Part shown: one piece after another, positions 15,437-28,942 of the stretch
How the letters are laid out: each line of letters begins with the position of its first letter
How positions within the stretch are numbered: position 1 is the first letter of the stretch
Source: Eledone cirrhosa
Lineage: Eukaryota
Assembly: GCA_964016885.1 (NCBI GenBank)
Contig: OZ024740.1
Coordinates: forward strand, 237,708,001-237,772,000
Direction: 5' to 3'
Length of the DNA: 64,000 nucleotides
Notes under the pieces: generated by a model
Seen by the model: the letters and a program-made list of their open reading frames with translations, nothing else
Told to the model about the DNA's origin: nothing
Databases searched by the model: none
Position numbers and translations under genes: made by a program

Positions 15437-15950
15437 GGCCATAAGTAAAAGAGGGATTTTATAAACTTGTTGATCATGCCGCTTTTTATAGTTCTAGTAT
15501 CTCAAATTAGTACCATCGAACCACAACTATTATAAACACCATGCGTATTTCTGTAGGTACTTGGTGCCTGTTGGAATATCCATACCCTTTTATAATTATT
15601 CTCCTATATGTAGAGAACAAAACGTTGTATCGCGCTGCTATTTTTAGCGGCATGATCAACAAGTTTATAATATACCGCTTTTACTTATGGCCTATTTTTG
15701 TGTGTGTGTCACTTTAACGGCCTGACCCCATGCAACGGGCAGAAAGCGATATATTATCTTACTATGAGGCTTTATACCCTTATAATACGGAAATAGCTGT
15801 CTAAAGATCTAATTCTTTCCATTGGAAATTCTCTGAATTTCCAATCTTTTGATTAGTGAAACCGTCGGTAACGGCAATAGAACAGGTGAATATTTAAATC
15901 GTTTTTTAATTTATTTAAAAGACTGTTTGATGATTACTTGTTCCGCTCAT
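15437..15950 (+). mobile_element. Fold-back PLE-like remnant with hammerhead-like fold
   Basis: About 55-bp inverted arms 15437-15492 / 15638-15692; hammerhead fold at 15796-15875; ends in (TA)n. Confidence 0.5.
15796..15875 (+). ncRNA. Type I hammerhead-like motif, G5A core mutant
   Basis: Helix I GCTGT/ACGGC; core CTAAAGA; helix II CTAATT/GATTAG enclosing TTGGAAATTC/GAATTTCCAA; GAAA; helix III ACC/GGT; GUA site. Confidence 0.55.
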
Positions 15951-16075
15951 TTATATATATATATATTTATATATATATTTATTTATATATATATTTATAT
16001 ATATATATATATTATATTTATATATATATTATATTTATATATATATATATTTATATATATATTTATATATATACT

Positions 16076-16130
<55 letters not shown>

Positions 16131-16136
<6 letters not shown>

Positions 16137-16558
16137 TAAAACATATCTTTAGAATTACTAGATATAATATATACCATTTCCTCTCCCAATTAGCATAATT
16201 AACCATATAAAAGATCTTATAAGTTTGATTTCTTCTAAGTTTGATTTCACACCTAATTGTGTTTGGTTGACTGTATATCTGGTCGATTTCTACATGCTGT
16301 CGAAATATTCAATAAATACTCCATCGTAGCTACCGCGAAGGGGCTGCTTTCGGTTATTTGTCGGAGATTTCTTCATAGGAGCCTTTATTCTTATAGTTTG
16401 GTCTAATTGATTTTTTATATGGTTAATTATGCTAATTGGGAGAGGAAATGGTATATATTATATCTAGTAATTCTAAAGACATGTTTTATGATATATAGCT
16501 CTGATTATTTAATTTATTAATTCTTCATTGAGCCACAACGTGACCTGTTGCAAAACAC
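16131..16558 (+). mobile_element. Non-coding fold-back element in (TA)n
   Basis: About 80-bp inverted arms 16131-16211 / 16413-16497, tail with ATTGAGCC, (TA)n flanks. Confidence 0.55.
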
Positions 16559-16591
16559 ATATATATCTATGAATTTATATATATGTAAACC

Positions 16592-16657
<66 letters not shown>

Positions 16658-16661
<4 letters not shown>

Positions 16662-16895
16662 TCCTTGAGCAAGACACTTTATTTCACATTGCTCCAGTTT
16701 ACTCACCTGTAGAAATGAGATTTTCCACTGCAAAGTGGTCGTGGAGGTGCCACGGCAAAAAAGCACCCACCACTCACTGTAAATGAGGTTGGTGTTAGAA
16801 AGGGCATCCAGCTGTAGAAATCAAGCCAGAATCAGTTTCCGTCCCACCCTTGCAAGCAGGGAAAAGTGGACGTAAAATGAAATGAAATAAAATCA
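16658..16895 (+). mobile_element. 5'-truncated SINE A
   Basis: Matches other SINE A copies from TCCTTGAGCAAGACAC onward. Confidence 0.85.
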
Positions 16896-16948
16896 CGATG
16901 TGTGTGTATATTTATATATAGGTATATATGTATATTTATATATAGGTA

Positions 16949-17001
<53 letters not shown>

Positions 17002-17011
17002 ATATGTGTGC

Positions 17012-17055
<44 letters not shown>

Positions 17056-17060
<5 letters not shown>

Positions 17061-17702
17061 AACGAGTAGGACCCCGACGGCTGAGCTCAAACCGTTTCGA
17101 CGGCTAATTCCGGACTCATTGAAAAACACTTCTCACTACAACACCGCTACCACAACATAATTAACAAAAATACCATCAAACTCTCCTACAGCACTACACC
17201 AAACTTTGCACAAAACATCGTCTCCTCTAACAACAAAAAACTCAACCCCTATGGAAGAAATAACCTAAATAGCAGTGGAGAGCCGACCAGGAAGTGCAAC
17301 TGTCCTGATGGATCCATTTTTCCCCTCGACAACAGATGCAGAGATCGTAATGTTATCTACCAGTGCAACGTGAGGACGGACACCTACAACAAAGCTTATA
17401 TAGGATTAACTGCATGTGACTTCAAGACCCGGCTATACCAACACAGACACACCTTCCGAAACCCGGCCCGGCGTCACGCCACTACACTTTCGGCCCACAT
17501 ATGGGACCTCAAGGATAACAAAAAGAAAAAAAAAGAAGGAAAAAAACAGATGAAAAGAGAGAGTCCAGAATTAGCCGTCGAAACAGCTTGAGCTCAGCCG
17601 TCGGGGTCCTACTCGTTCCTATATTACCCACTCTACTACCCTAAGTATTGAGTACTTTGGTGCGTTATGGTCCACCTGGTTCCTTACCACATTTCCTTCG
17701 TT
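17056..17702 (+). mobile_element. Truncated Penelope-like element (GIY-YIG part) with inverted terminal arm
   Basis: NTIKLSYSTTPN...KCNC...VIYQC...AYIGLTACDFKTRLYQH...LSAHIWDLKD, homologous to the PLE at 28943-29500; about 62-bp inverted arms 17056-17117 / 17561-17623; (TA)n flanks. Confidence 0.88.
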
Positions 17703-17759
17703 ATATATATATATATATATATATATATTGATATATATATATATATATGTAATAAGATA

Positions 17760-18525
17760 TTAATAATAATAACAGTATTGTTATTATTAGGTTGAAACTT
17801 TACCAGAGGGTTCTAAGCTCAATGTAATCGAGTTCACACAGAGCTGATAAATAATATTTAGAAAAAACACCAAAGCATCAATGTGTTTTCAAACTAACAT
17901 ATGTTTCAGCTGATAGAACTTCATCTCAAAGTCATATAGTTAAGAAATTAAAAAAAAAATCTTTCCAAAATTTACTTATGGGTTTGTACTGAGACCTTTG
18001 AGAATTGTTTCAAGACCGGTTTCATCAGAGTTTATTTTCACATGTTATCAACACACACATATTTATATATCAATTACAATGATGACAACATCAACAATTA
18101 TAGATAGTAAGAATTTCAAATAGGATGCAAAATCATGGGAAATCCTTGACTAATATAGGTTAACCTCACTGGAAAATCTATATGCTTGCCTACAAGACTT
18201 TTTCAGATGTGCTTTAACAAGATTAAAAGCAAGACAGTAAAATCAATAGTCAATTTAATTATAGTGTGGTTTAAGATGTCTGCGCTAGTATTGTGTGTTT
18301 GTCGTGAGAGATTTAATGGTTCATATTCATGATAAGATGCAGTGTTTCCATGATAAAGTTCTGAGAAATAGAACCAATTCCCGAAGGTCTCATTATAAAA
18401 CCATAAGTAAATTTTTGAAAATTTTTTTTAAAAACATGTTTTAAAGAATTAAAAAAATGTTACTATATGAAATGTGTTAGTTTGAGAATGCATTGAGTCT
18501 TTGGTGTTTTTTTATAAATATTATG
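17760..18525 (-). mobile_element. Non-coding fold-back element with hammerhead
   Basis: Diverged arms about 17851-18010 / 18372-18525; another arm copy at 20207-20387; hammerhead at 17891-18033. Confidence 0.6.
17891..18033 (-). ncRNA. Type I hammerhead with about 114-nt helix II domain
   Basis: Minus strand AAACT-CTGATGA-[114 nt; TCTCAAAG..GTC pairs with GACTTTGAGA]-GAAA-C-ATAT-G-T-T-AGTTT. Confidence 0.6.
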
Positions 18526-18634
18526 TATATATATATATATATATATACATATACATATTTATATATATACATATATATATATATATACATATATATATAC
18601 ATATTTATATACATATATATACATATATATATAC

Positions 18635-19240
18635 ATCATCATCATCATAATAATTTTACGTCTGCTTTTCTATGCTTGAAAGGGTGGGACGAGAACTGAT
18701 TCTGGCTTGATTTCTAGAGCTGGATGCCCTTCCTAACACCAACCTCATTTACAGTGAGTGGTGGGTGCTTTTTTGCCGTGACACCTCCAGAACCACTTTG
18801 CAGTGGAATGATATGGACCCCAGTCCCTATCATCTCATTTCTACAGCTGAGTAAACTGGAGCAATGTGAAATAAAGAGTCTTGCTCAACGAAACTACACA
18901 TCACCCGGTCTGAGAATTGAACTCACAACCTTTCGATTGCAAGCTCAATGCTCTAACCACTAAGCCATGTGCCTCCATACATATATATATGTATACACAT
19001 TATTTCACATTGCTCCAGTTTACTCAGCTGTAGAAATGAGATGATAGGGACTGGGGTCCATATCATTCCACTGTAAAGTGGACGTGGAGGTGCCACGGCA
19101 AAAAAGCACCCAGCACTCACTGTAAATGACGTTGGTGTTAGGAAGAGCATCCAGCTGTAGAAATCAAGCCAGAATCAGTTTTCGTCCCACCCTTGCAAGC
19201 AGGGAAAAGCAGGAAAAAGCGAATGTAAAATAACGATGAT
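18635..19240. mobile_element. Head-to-head inverted pair of SINE A copies
   Basis: Full copy on minus 18635-18976 and truncated copy on plus 19000-19240. Confidence 0.9.
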
Positions 19241-20208
<968 letters not shown>

Positions 20209-20410
20209 AATATTTATAAAAAAATAGCAAAGAATCAATGCATTCTCAAACTAACACATTTCAGCTGATAGACTTCTCCGGGTCATATAGTTACATATTA
20301 AACATTTTTAAAATTCTTCAAAACATGTTTTAAACATTTTTTTTTCCCCAATTTACTTATGGTTTTATAATGGGACCTTCGGGAATATATATCCACATAT
20401 ATATATATAT

Positions 20411-23400
20411 CATCATCATCATCATCATCATCATCGTTTAACGTCCATCTTCCACGCTTGCATTGGTTTGGATGGGAATTTTCCCACTTGAGGCAAGATT
20501 GGTTGTCCTGCTCGTATAGGACTGTCTGGTGGGTTTTCTACGGCTGGATGCCCTTCCTAACACCAACAACGTTTACAGTGTGGACTGGGAGGTTTTTACC
20601 ATGTTACCTACACGGCTACATTACAGCGTGGATTGTGTGTTTTTTTTGTCGTGACACCTACACGACCTCATTTGTTTCGGACTGGATGTTGTGGATGTGG
20701 TGGGGGTAGTGAGACAGGGGTGCACTTTTGTTAGAGGTGCCTACTGACTGTAGGTTTCGCTTTGTACTTAGGCAAGGCGGGTCTTCTGTATTACTGTGTA
20801 GCGCCAAAGATCTCGGTCCAGTGACATTGTCTTGGAGAGGTGTAAGTGTGTGAGGTCGGAATTTATCAAGTCGTCCCAGGTTTTTCTGGGTCTGCATACT
20901 CCGTGGCTACCATCTATTTTTATCGCCCTGCACTTTTTTATACAGCTGTCGTCTTTCATGCGCATCACGTGACCGTACCAACGTAGTCTTCTCTCGAGTA
21001 AACAACATCTGATCCCTCTTATTCCTAATTTCTGCCTTAGTTCGTTTATGCTTTGCCTTAGTTCGTTTATGCTTTGCCAGCGGAGCATGCAAGCTTCGTT
21101 CCTCTCCAGTCTGCGTATATCCTCTGCACACAATGCCCAGGTCTCACTGCCATGTATCATTGCTGTTCGTATGCAGGCATCATACAGCCTGCCTTTCATT
21201 TTTAGAGAGAACCCTTTAGCGGCCAATAGTGGTATAAGCTCTCTGAACTTTTTCCATCCCATTCTGACTCTAGCTACTGTACTTTCAGAGCTGATTTTGT
21301 CACCCAGGTAACGGAAGATGTCCACTATTTCTATAGAACCATCTATGCAATGGAATGAGTTAGTATTCTGTGGGCACTTGCTGCTACTTATTGCACCAGA
21401 GCACCGGCCACATATAAAATCTATATTCTTAGATAGCTTACCTGTGATCCCACTACATCTTTTATGCACCCATACTTTGCATTTGGGACATAAAATGGAG
21501 TTTCTGCCTACTCCTTTCCTACACACTGAGCATGGCCATTTCCCAGATGGGACCGGTGCCCTATTTTCTTTCCTACAAACTATAACTTTAGTCTTAGACA
21601 AGTTAACTTTAAGGCCTTTTGATTCTAGGCCATGCTTCCATGTTTGGAATTTCTTCTCTAGTTCAGCCATTGATTCAGCTATGAGCGTTAGATCATCTGC
21701 ATATAGGAGTTCCCATGGGCAGCCGGTCTTGAACTCCTGTGTTATAGCCTGAAGGGAAATAATAAATAGTAGGGGGCTAAGAACGGAGCCCTGATGAACA
21801 CCAACTTTTACGCTAAACTCTTCACTATACTCGTTGTTAATTCTAACCTTGCTTACTGTTTCTTTATACATGGCTTGTATAGCTCTGACAAGCCATTCAT
21901 CAACACCTAGTTTTCTAAGAGCCCACCAGATAATGGAGCGGGGGACTCTGTCAAAGGCGTTCTCCAAGTCAACAAAAGCTAAGTATAGGGGTTTACTTTT
22001 AGCTAGGTACTTCTTTCTGTAGTTGTCGTACAATGAAAAGAGCGTCTGTTGTACTTTTACCTGACACAAACCCGAACTGCATTTCATCTAGATCAATTCG
22101 CTCTCTGATTAGTTGCGCTATTACTTTTTCTGTGACTTTCATGACCTGGTCGATTAATTTAATGCCTCTATAGTTACCCCTATCTAGGGCATCTCCTTTA
22201 CCCTTATAGCAGTTAATGATGATGCTGCTACGCCAGTCCTTCGGAACGACCCCATTCTGTATGACTTGGTTTACTATCCGGGTGACCATAGTGTGTCCCA
22301 CCGTTCCAGATGCTTTCAGCATTTCAGCAACTATTTCCGAAGACTCACCCCCTTACCCATCTTCATGTCTTTGATTGCCTTACTTATAATACTACCTTCA
22401 ACTAGCACTGCTGGTCCCTCTATTGGGTCGATGTGGGGGAGACTGTCTTTCTCCCATTTATTCTCCTCATTTAGTAGCCTTTCGTAGTGACACTTCCAAG
22501 CTACCTTCTTATCAACGTCAGTGATGGCAAGTACACCATCATCATTAAGGACACACTTCTCCCCGACAATATCACGGTTTTCCTTGACACATTGCCTAGC
22601 AATCCTAAACACCTCACGTTTTTAGTCCTCGCGTTGTAGAACATGCTTGAACTTTCTTTCCTCTGCTTCCCTTCTTGCGAAGTACATTTGTCTCCTAGCT
22701 TCCCTCCTGGCCACTTGATAGACTTCTCTACTTCCCCCATCCCGCCATACTTTCCAAGCCTGCTTTTTGGCCTTGATTGACTCCTCCACCTTACTGTTCC
22801 ACCACCACGTTACTCTCCTCCTGACTATAGGCCTGCTGCAGCCACAGACTTCATCTGCTGCCTTCAGCAGGTTAGCTTTCAGGAATTCCCACTGTTCCTC
22901 TATATTGTACGACTCTAATTGCTCTTCCTTACTGTCGAAAGCATCAAGTAATATGCTTTTAAATTTATTACTGGCTGTGGGGTCCTTTAGCTTCCATATT
23001 TTTCTCCTGAGGATAGTCCTCCTCTGTTGTCGAGTACGTCTTGTCCTGACTATGAGGTCGCTGACTATGAGTCTATGTTGGGAGGTGCATTCTTCATGGG
23101 GGAGGGATTTAGTGTTTACAACAGACACTCTATCACGTCTTCTGGTAAGGATATAATCTATCTGACTGGCGTGTTCCCTTGATCTATAGGTGATCAAGTG
23201 ATTGTCTCATTTTTGAAGTTAGTGTTACAGATAGTTAGGTTATTTGTATCACAGAATTCCAGGATTCATTTATAGTACCAAACCCATAGCCTCCATGGAT
23301 TCCATCATAGCCGTCACAATGTTGTCCAACGTGACCATTTAGGTCGCCAGCAATAATTATGTAGTCACTGTCGGTTATTTGGGATGTAGTGAGCATCAAT

Positions 23401-24810
23401 GTCTCATAAAATCTGTCTTTTATAGCGCCAGGCACTCCGGATTGGGGTGCATATGCAGATATTACTGTCACAGTAGTTCTATTTAGGACAAGTCTTATTT
23501 TAATTATTCTGTCGTTCACTCTATTTACGTCTATTATCTTATCTACCCATTTTTCTGCTAACATGATTCCTACCCCACCCAGCCCATTGTCATTTCCCAC
23601 CCAGAAAAGCTTATAGCATCGTTTTTTACCCACAATGAATCTAGCAGACCCACCCCTCCACCTGGTCTCTTGGATACAGCAAAAATCAACTTCCTTACGT
23701 TCAAGCATTTCTACAACCTCGTTAGAGCAACCTTTTAAGGTGCCTACATTCATGGTACCAACTCTGAAGTTTTGGATTGCGTTTGGTGGGTGGGAACGGT
23801 GGGGCGCAGGGAGGGGTGAGGGGGAGGGGGTTGGGGTTAAGTTGGCCAGCCGCGGCCGAAACAAAGAGGGAGAGCCCTTGCCTTTTCGTCCGGCAGCATG
23901 AGGTGAATTTGTCTTTATCTTTGGCATTGTCACTGAGTGTCCAGATTTTTCAGACTCTCCAGAATTCCTTAGTACATCCATCATATCGAAAAGCAACCAG
24001 AAGTGATAGCATAGGCCGCTGACTTATGATTGGTCCTAATAATAATTGTGGAAGGGGTATGGGGTAGTTAGCAAGAGGGTTTAAATAAAATCTTCGAATT
24101 TTGGGCATAATTGGACAAGCATATATCAGTAATAAGCGAATAATGGGATTTTAAAATACAAGAAGATTATTTAGAACAACCAGACAGAATTATAGAATAG
24201 CATTGAGAGAGAGCAAAAAATTGGATTCTGAGCGATGATACGGATATATGAATGAATGGACCGATAGGTGGAGAGAGATAAGAAAAATGGCATTTACATT
24301 ACACTTCGCAGGGGACGACGAGGTCTGACCATTAATAAGCGTTGACAAATTCTGAGATTCGTACCTCGTACGGTTTATTTATATTTGGTGAGAGAAGGGA
24401 GTGATTGAAAGGGTGAACCAGCAGGCGCGTATACGATATAGGGGTTGGGGGGTAAAGATTAAGAGGGACAAGGAGGCCATTTTATAAATCCTAGAATTTT
24501 CGGCCAAAATTAAACAAACGAGATTGTTATTTTAGAAAAACAAATGGGGCATTTTACGAGAGGGTTTAAATAAAATCTTCGAATTTTGGGCATAATTGGA
24601 CAAGCATATAACAGCAATAAGCGAATAATGGGATTTAAATAAAAAGCGAAAGGGTTTTCATAAAATCTTCGAATTTTGGGCATAATTGGACAAGCATATA
24701 ACAGTAATAAGCGAATAATGGGATTTTAAAATACAAGAAGATTATTTAGAATAACCAGACAGAATTATAGAATAGCATTGAGAGAGAGCAAAAGATTGGA
24801 TTCTGGGCGA
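20411..24810 (-). mobile_element. Near full-length RTE-clade LINE
   Basis: 5' UTR with tandem monomers, APE and RT ORF, 3' UTR, (GAT)n tail, both ends in TA runs. Confidence 0.93.
20768..23996 (-). pseudogene. APE endonuclease-reverse transcriptase ORF with PHD finger, several disablements
   Basis: GTMNVGTL, CIQETRW, SAYAPQ, AGDLNGHVG, SQIDYIL; NYRGIKL, QFGF, FVDLENAFD, GVHQGSVLSP, LYADD, FRYLG. Confidence 0.92.
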
Positions 24811-25524
24811 TATATATATATATGTGTGTGTATATATATATGTATGTATATATATATATGTATGTATATATATGTATATATGAAATTCTAAATGCAAACA
24901 GCCCAATGCAAATGCCAATGATAATAGCCAATCCCTATAAATAACGATTGAGAAAATCAGGTAAAGTACCACTGAAGATGTAAAAGAGGGGACAGAGGTC
25001 CTGCAAGGAATTGAACCCCACATCTTTTGGATGCTGTAGGAATAAGTTAACCACTATGTTAAATAGCCTCTGGTCACCAGTTACATCTTTCTAGATTTCA
25101 AACCTGTACCTAGAAGTGTTCACAAAGTAGTTAGTTGTCTTAAGTAGCATTGGGAACATTTTAAATTTGAAATGTGTGCATCCTAATGCAAATGATCATA
25201 ACAATAGTTGATTGCTATAAATTATAGATGAGAAGATTGGGTAAAGTATCCCCACAGAGGGGAAAATAAGGGACAGAGGTATCTTTTTGTTGGGATGCAC
25301 AGATTTCAAATTTTAAATGTTCCCAATACCCTTCTAGATACAGGCTTAAAATCTTCAAAAAAGACAGAATTTATGGCTAGTGGTGATGATATTAAAGATG
25401 ATGATGATGATAGGGAGGCGGGGGAAGGGTGTATGAGGAAGAGGATGATGATGATGATGATGATGATGATAATGATGAGGACGATGACATCAGTGATGAT
25501 GATGATATATCTGTATGTGTATCT

Positions 25525-25710
25525 AGCAATCATCAGTATTGGTAGAGGGTCGGACGCCATGCTTTGACGCATAGAGTTACGGCCCTTGCCATTCTGAGTT
25601 CAAATCTCTCCAAAGTTAACTTTGCCTTTCATCCTTACGGGGTCGATAAAATAAAGTACCAGTAATACACTGGGTAATTGCTGGCCTTGTGCCAAAAGTA
25701 GAAAAATTAT
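25525..25710 (+). mobile_element. tRNA-derived SINE family B
   Basis: GAGTTCAAATC B box then AACTTTGCCTTTCATCCTTACGGGGTCGATAAAATAAAGTACCAG, shared with 6 other copies. Confidence 0.8.
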
Positions 25711-25959
25711 GTCTGTGAGTAGTTAGGTAGCTAAATAAACAGACACATCCACACACATAAATACACACAAATACACATATACAGAGATGTGTAGCTGTAG
25801 ATATTGGGTACATGTAGTTTTTAAAGCAAACGTGATTATCAAATTAAAAGTTTCAATAAGTTTGTTTGTTTTTTCTTTGCCTGACTTTTCATATTTTTAT
25901 TTTTACAAAAATGAAAAAAAAAATGTCTTCTATCTGCTGTATTTGGGGAATGGAAACTG

Positions 25960-27495
25960 GAGACATAAGAAGATGCACGAGAAAAATAGTTCAGAGAAAA
26001 AATAAGTTGAGAGAGAAAAGGGAAAAATAAAATGAAATATAAGAATATCTAATATTTTTTTCTTTTTTTTCTTTTTTCTGAAGCATGACAGAAGAGAAAA
26101 GAATGATAAACAGAGAAAAGAAGAAAAGTAATGGGTTAAGAACACTGAGAAAGAAAGCATAGAAGATTGAGAGAGAGAGATATAATGAAAAAAATAGCGA
26201 ATTGAAAAAATGAAGTATAAACATAAAGATTAGATATGTAAGACAGTGTGACAGTAAACAAAAAAAAATGGTAGAAAATTGTGAGATGGGGTTAGGATAT
26301 AAAATATATAAAATAACATGGAGGCAGAGATAAAAAAATAAATGTAAGTGATATGATGGGAGATTATAAAGGGAAATGAAGGTGAAAGTAGGAGAGTAAA
26401 ATAATATGAAAGGGGAGATGAAGAAAAACTGATGGTGAGAAAGAAGATAAAAATGAAAGAAAACTAAGAAGTCATGGAGAAATGAAAGAGATATGAGGAA
26501 AGAGTGATGAAGAAAAAATTAAGGAAATATGATGAAGGAATGATGAAGAAATTAAAGAGATATGAGGAAGGAATGATAAATAAAAAATAAAAAAACAAAA
26601 CTAGAAGAAATGCAGAAGAATGAAAGAAAAATTGAGAAGAAATGACAGAAATATATAGAAGAATGAAGAATAAATGAAGGAGAGATGAAGAAGTAAAGAA
26701 GAGGTGAAAGAAATAAAGGCAATTGAAAAAAATATGAAAGAGGGATGAAATAACTGCAAAGGAGAAATGAATAAGAGATGAAGAAATTAAAGATGATGAA
26801 CGAGAAACTAAAAATGGATGAAGGAAACATTAAAGATGAATGAGAAATGTGAAAGAAGTGAGATAGGGATGACTGAAGGAGAAATGAAGATGAAATGAAA
26901 GAGAGATGAAGAATAAATAAAAGAAAGACAAAGAAGTAAAAGAATAAATGAAGAAGTGAAGGAATAAAAGTGAAAGAGCGAAGGAGTGAATGAGAAATAA
27001 TCAAGAAAACAAAATCTAATGGAGGAGACTGAAGGAGAAATTAAAGAATGATGAATGAGAAAAGTCAAACTAATGAAGGATGAATGAAAGGAAAATATAG
27101 AAGAATTGAAAGAAAGATGGAAAAGGAGTAAAAGAAGAAAAAAAAAAGAAAAATGAATGAAGTGATGGATAAGAAATGGAGAAGAAAGGAAAGAAAATGA
27201 AGACTTGAAGGAAAAATGAAAAAAAGCAAAGTAAATGAATAATTACGAGAAAGAGAGATAGAGAAAAAATGGAGAAACAAAGCAGGAAAAAATAAAATAA
27301 AAATTTAAGAAAGAGATCGAAGGAGGGATGGGGAAAAAAGAAAGAAAATAAGAATATACTGGAAGTATGATGAAATGAAAACCCATTTCTTTCAGACTCT
27401 AAGAAATAGCTGGATAGATCGATAAATGGCAATCGGCAATGTGATGTGATCACATAGAAAAGTGATGAGAAGAGAGAAAGAAAGAAGACAAGGAA
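25960..27495. repeat. Purine-rich (GAA/GA) low-complexity tract
   Basis: About 1.5 kb with strong A/G bias on the plus strand. Confidence 0.85.
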
Positions 27496-27837
27496 GCCTT
27501 AGGTTCAATCCTACCACATCTCCACACCATACTCAATATCCCTTGTCTAATAAAATAGTAACGATATTCAATAAATGAATCATGTAAAATTTCTACCAAA
27601 TTAGATTGATCTAAATAGAACATAGACACACATTATAAACATGCATGAATACATATAAATCCATTCACATGTACACCATTACATGCACAGGTTTAATCAT
27701 GTAGATATACAATCACTTGTATATATATGCATACATACATACATGTATATATATATATATATATAAATATACATATATATATACATATATATATACATAT
27801 ATATATACATATATATATGTATATATACATATATATT

Positions 27838-27931
<94 letters not shown>

Positions 27932-28942
27932 AACTGTAGAGCAAATATTTATTAAAATAACAGATTAAAGTTTAAGCAAAGAATCGCTGCTTTCACTCTT
28001 AACGGGATCTTCTGAAACTAACAAAGTCAATCTGTAAACGCAGAAGTGGATATTTTAAAAATCGTTGCAACCGGAGGAAGACAGGAAGACGATACTTTGG
28101 TTCGTGGAAACGTTCAATGGCAAAGAACGGGAAAAAACGTCATTAATAGGAGCGGTGAAAAACTATTACGCGCAAAGACAGAACCACGTTTATGGTATAA
28201 AAGAAGTCGTAGACTAATGTTCTCTTAGGTGGTTCATAGAGACGTTCTCTGGCAATGAACGGAAAAAACGAAGATAATACGTCATATGTGGAGCGTGAAG
28301 AACAATTGCACGCAAAGACAAAACCACGTAAAAGGTATAGCTGAAGTCGTAGACTAAAATTCAAACTAGGAAACCGACTGAATCTCCGCTTCAGAGTTAA
28401 GAATAAAGTAAATAAATACAATACAGAGGTAATAGAAATTAAATAAATGTATACACGCATGCAAATACGTACATACACAAGCATACGCAAAACACTTGCC
28501 ATAGGTATACAAAACCACGCACATATAAATATGTGTGTGTGTGCGTGTATACAAATAAATAAATAATTAAATAAACGTATATAAATAAATAAATACGTAT
28601 ATAACAAGCGCAAACACATACCTACATGTAAATACATAAATGTTCGGAGATGTAAGTCAACCAAAACATGAAGTACACATATACACACACCCTACATACG
28701 TACGAACCTGCATACTCACGCAGACGCAAAACTCCTGTATACACATAACCAAACCATATGTACCAGAATATATAAAAAATTATACGCCATAATATATAAT
28801 CAAATAGACGTACGAGAAAGTATACGTACCTTCACAAAACATACAGGTAATATATTCTTACCTATGCAAATAAGTAATGGTATAAACAAAACATATACTT
28901 AGCTACCACATCAAGACGTAAAATATCCACGTATAGATCGTA

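Noticed and set aside
26552-27453. Hydrophobic F/S/L-rich ORFs resembling membrane proteins
   Set aside because: Antisense of a purine-rich low-complexity tract.
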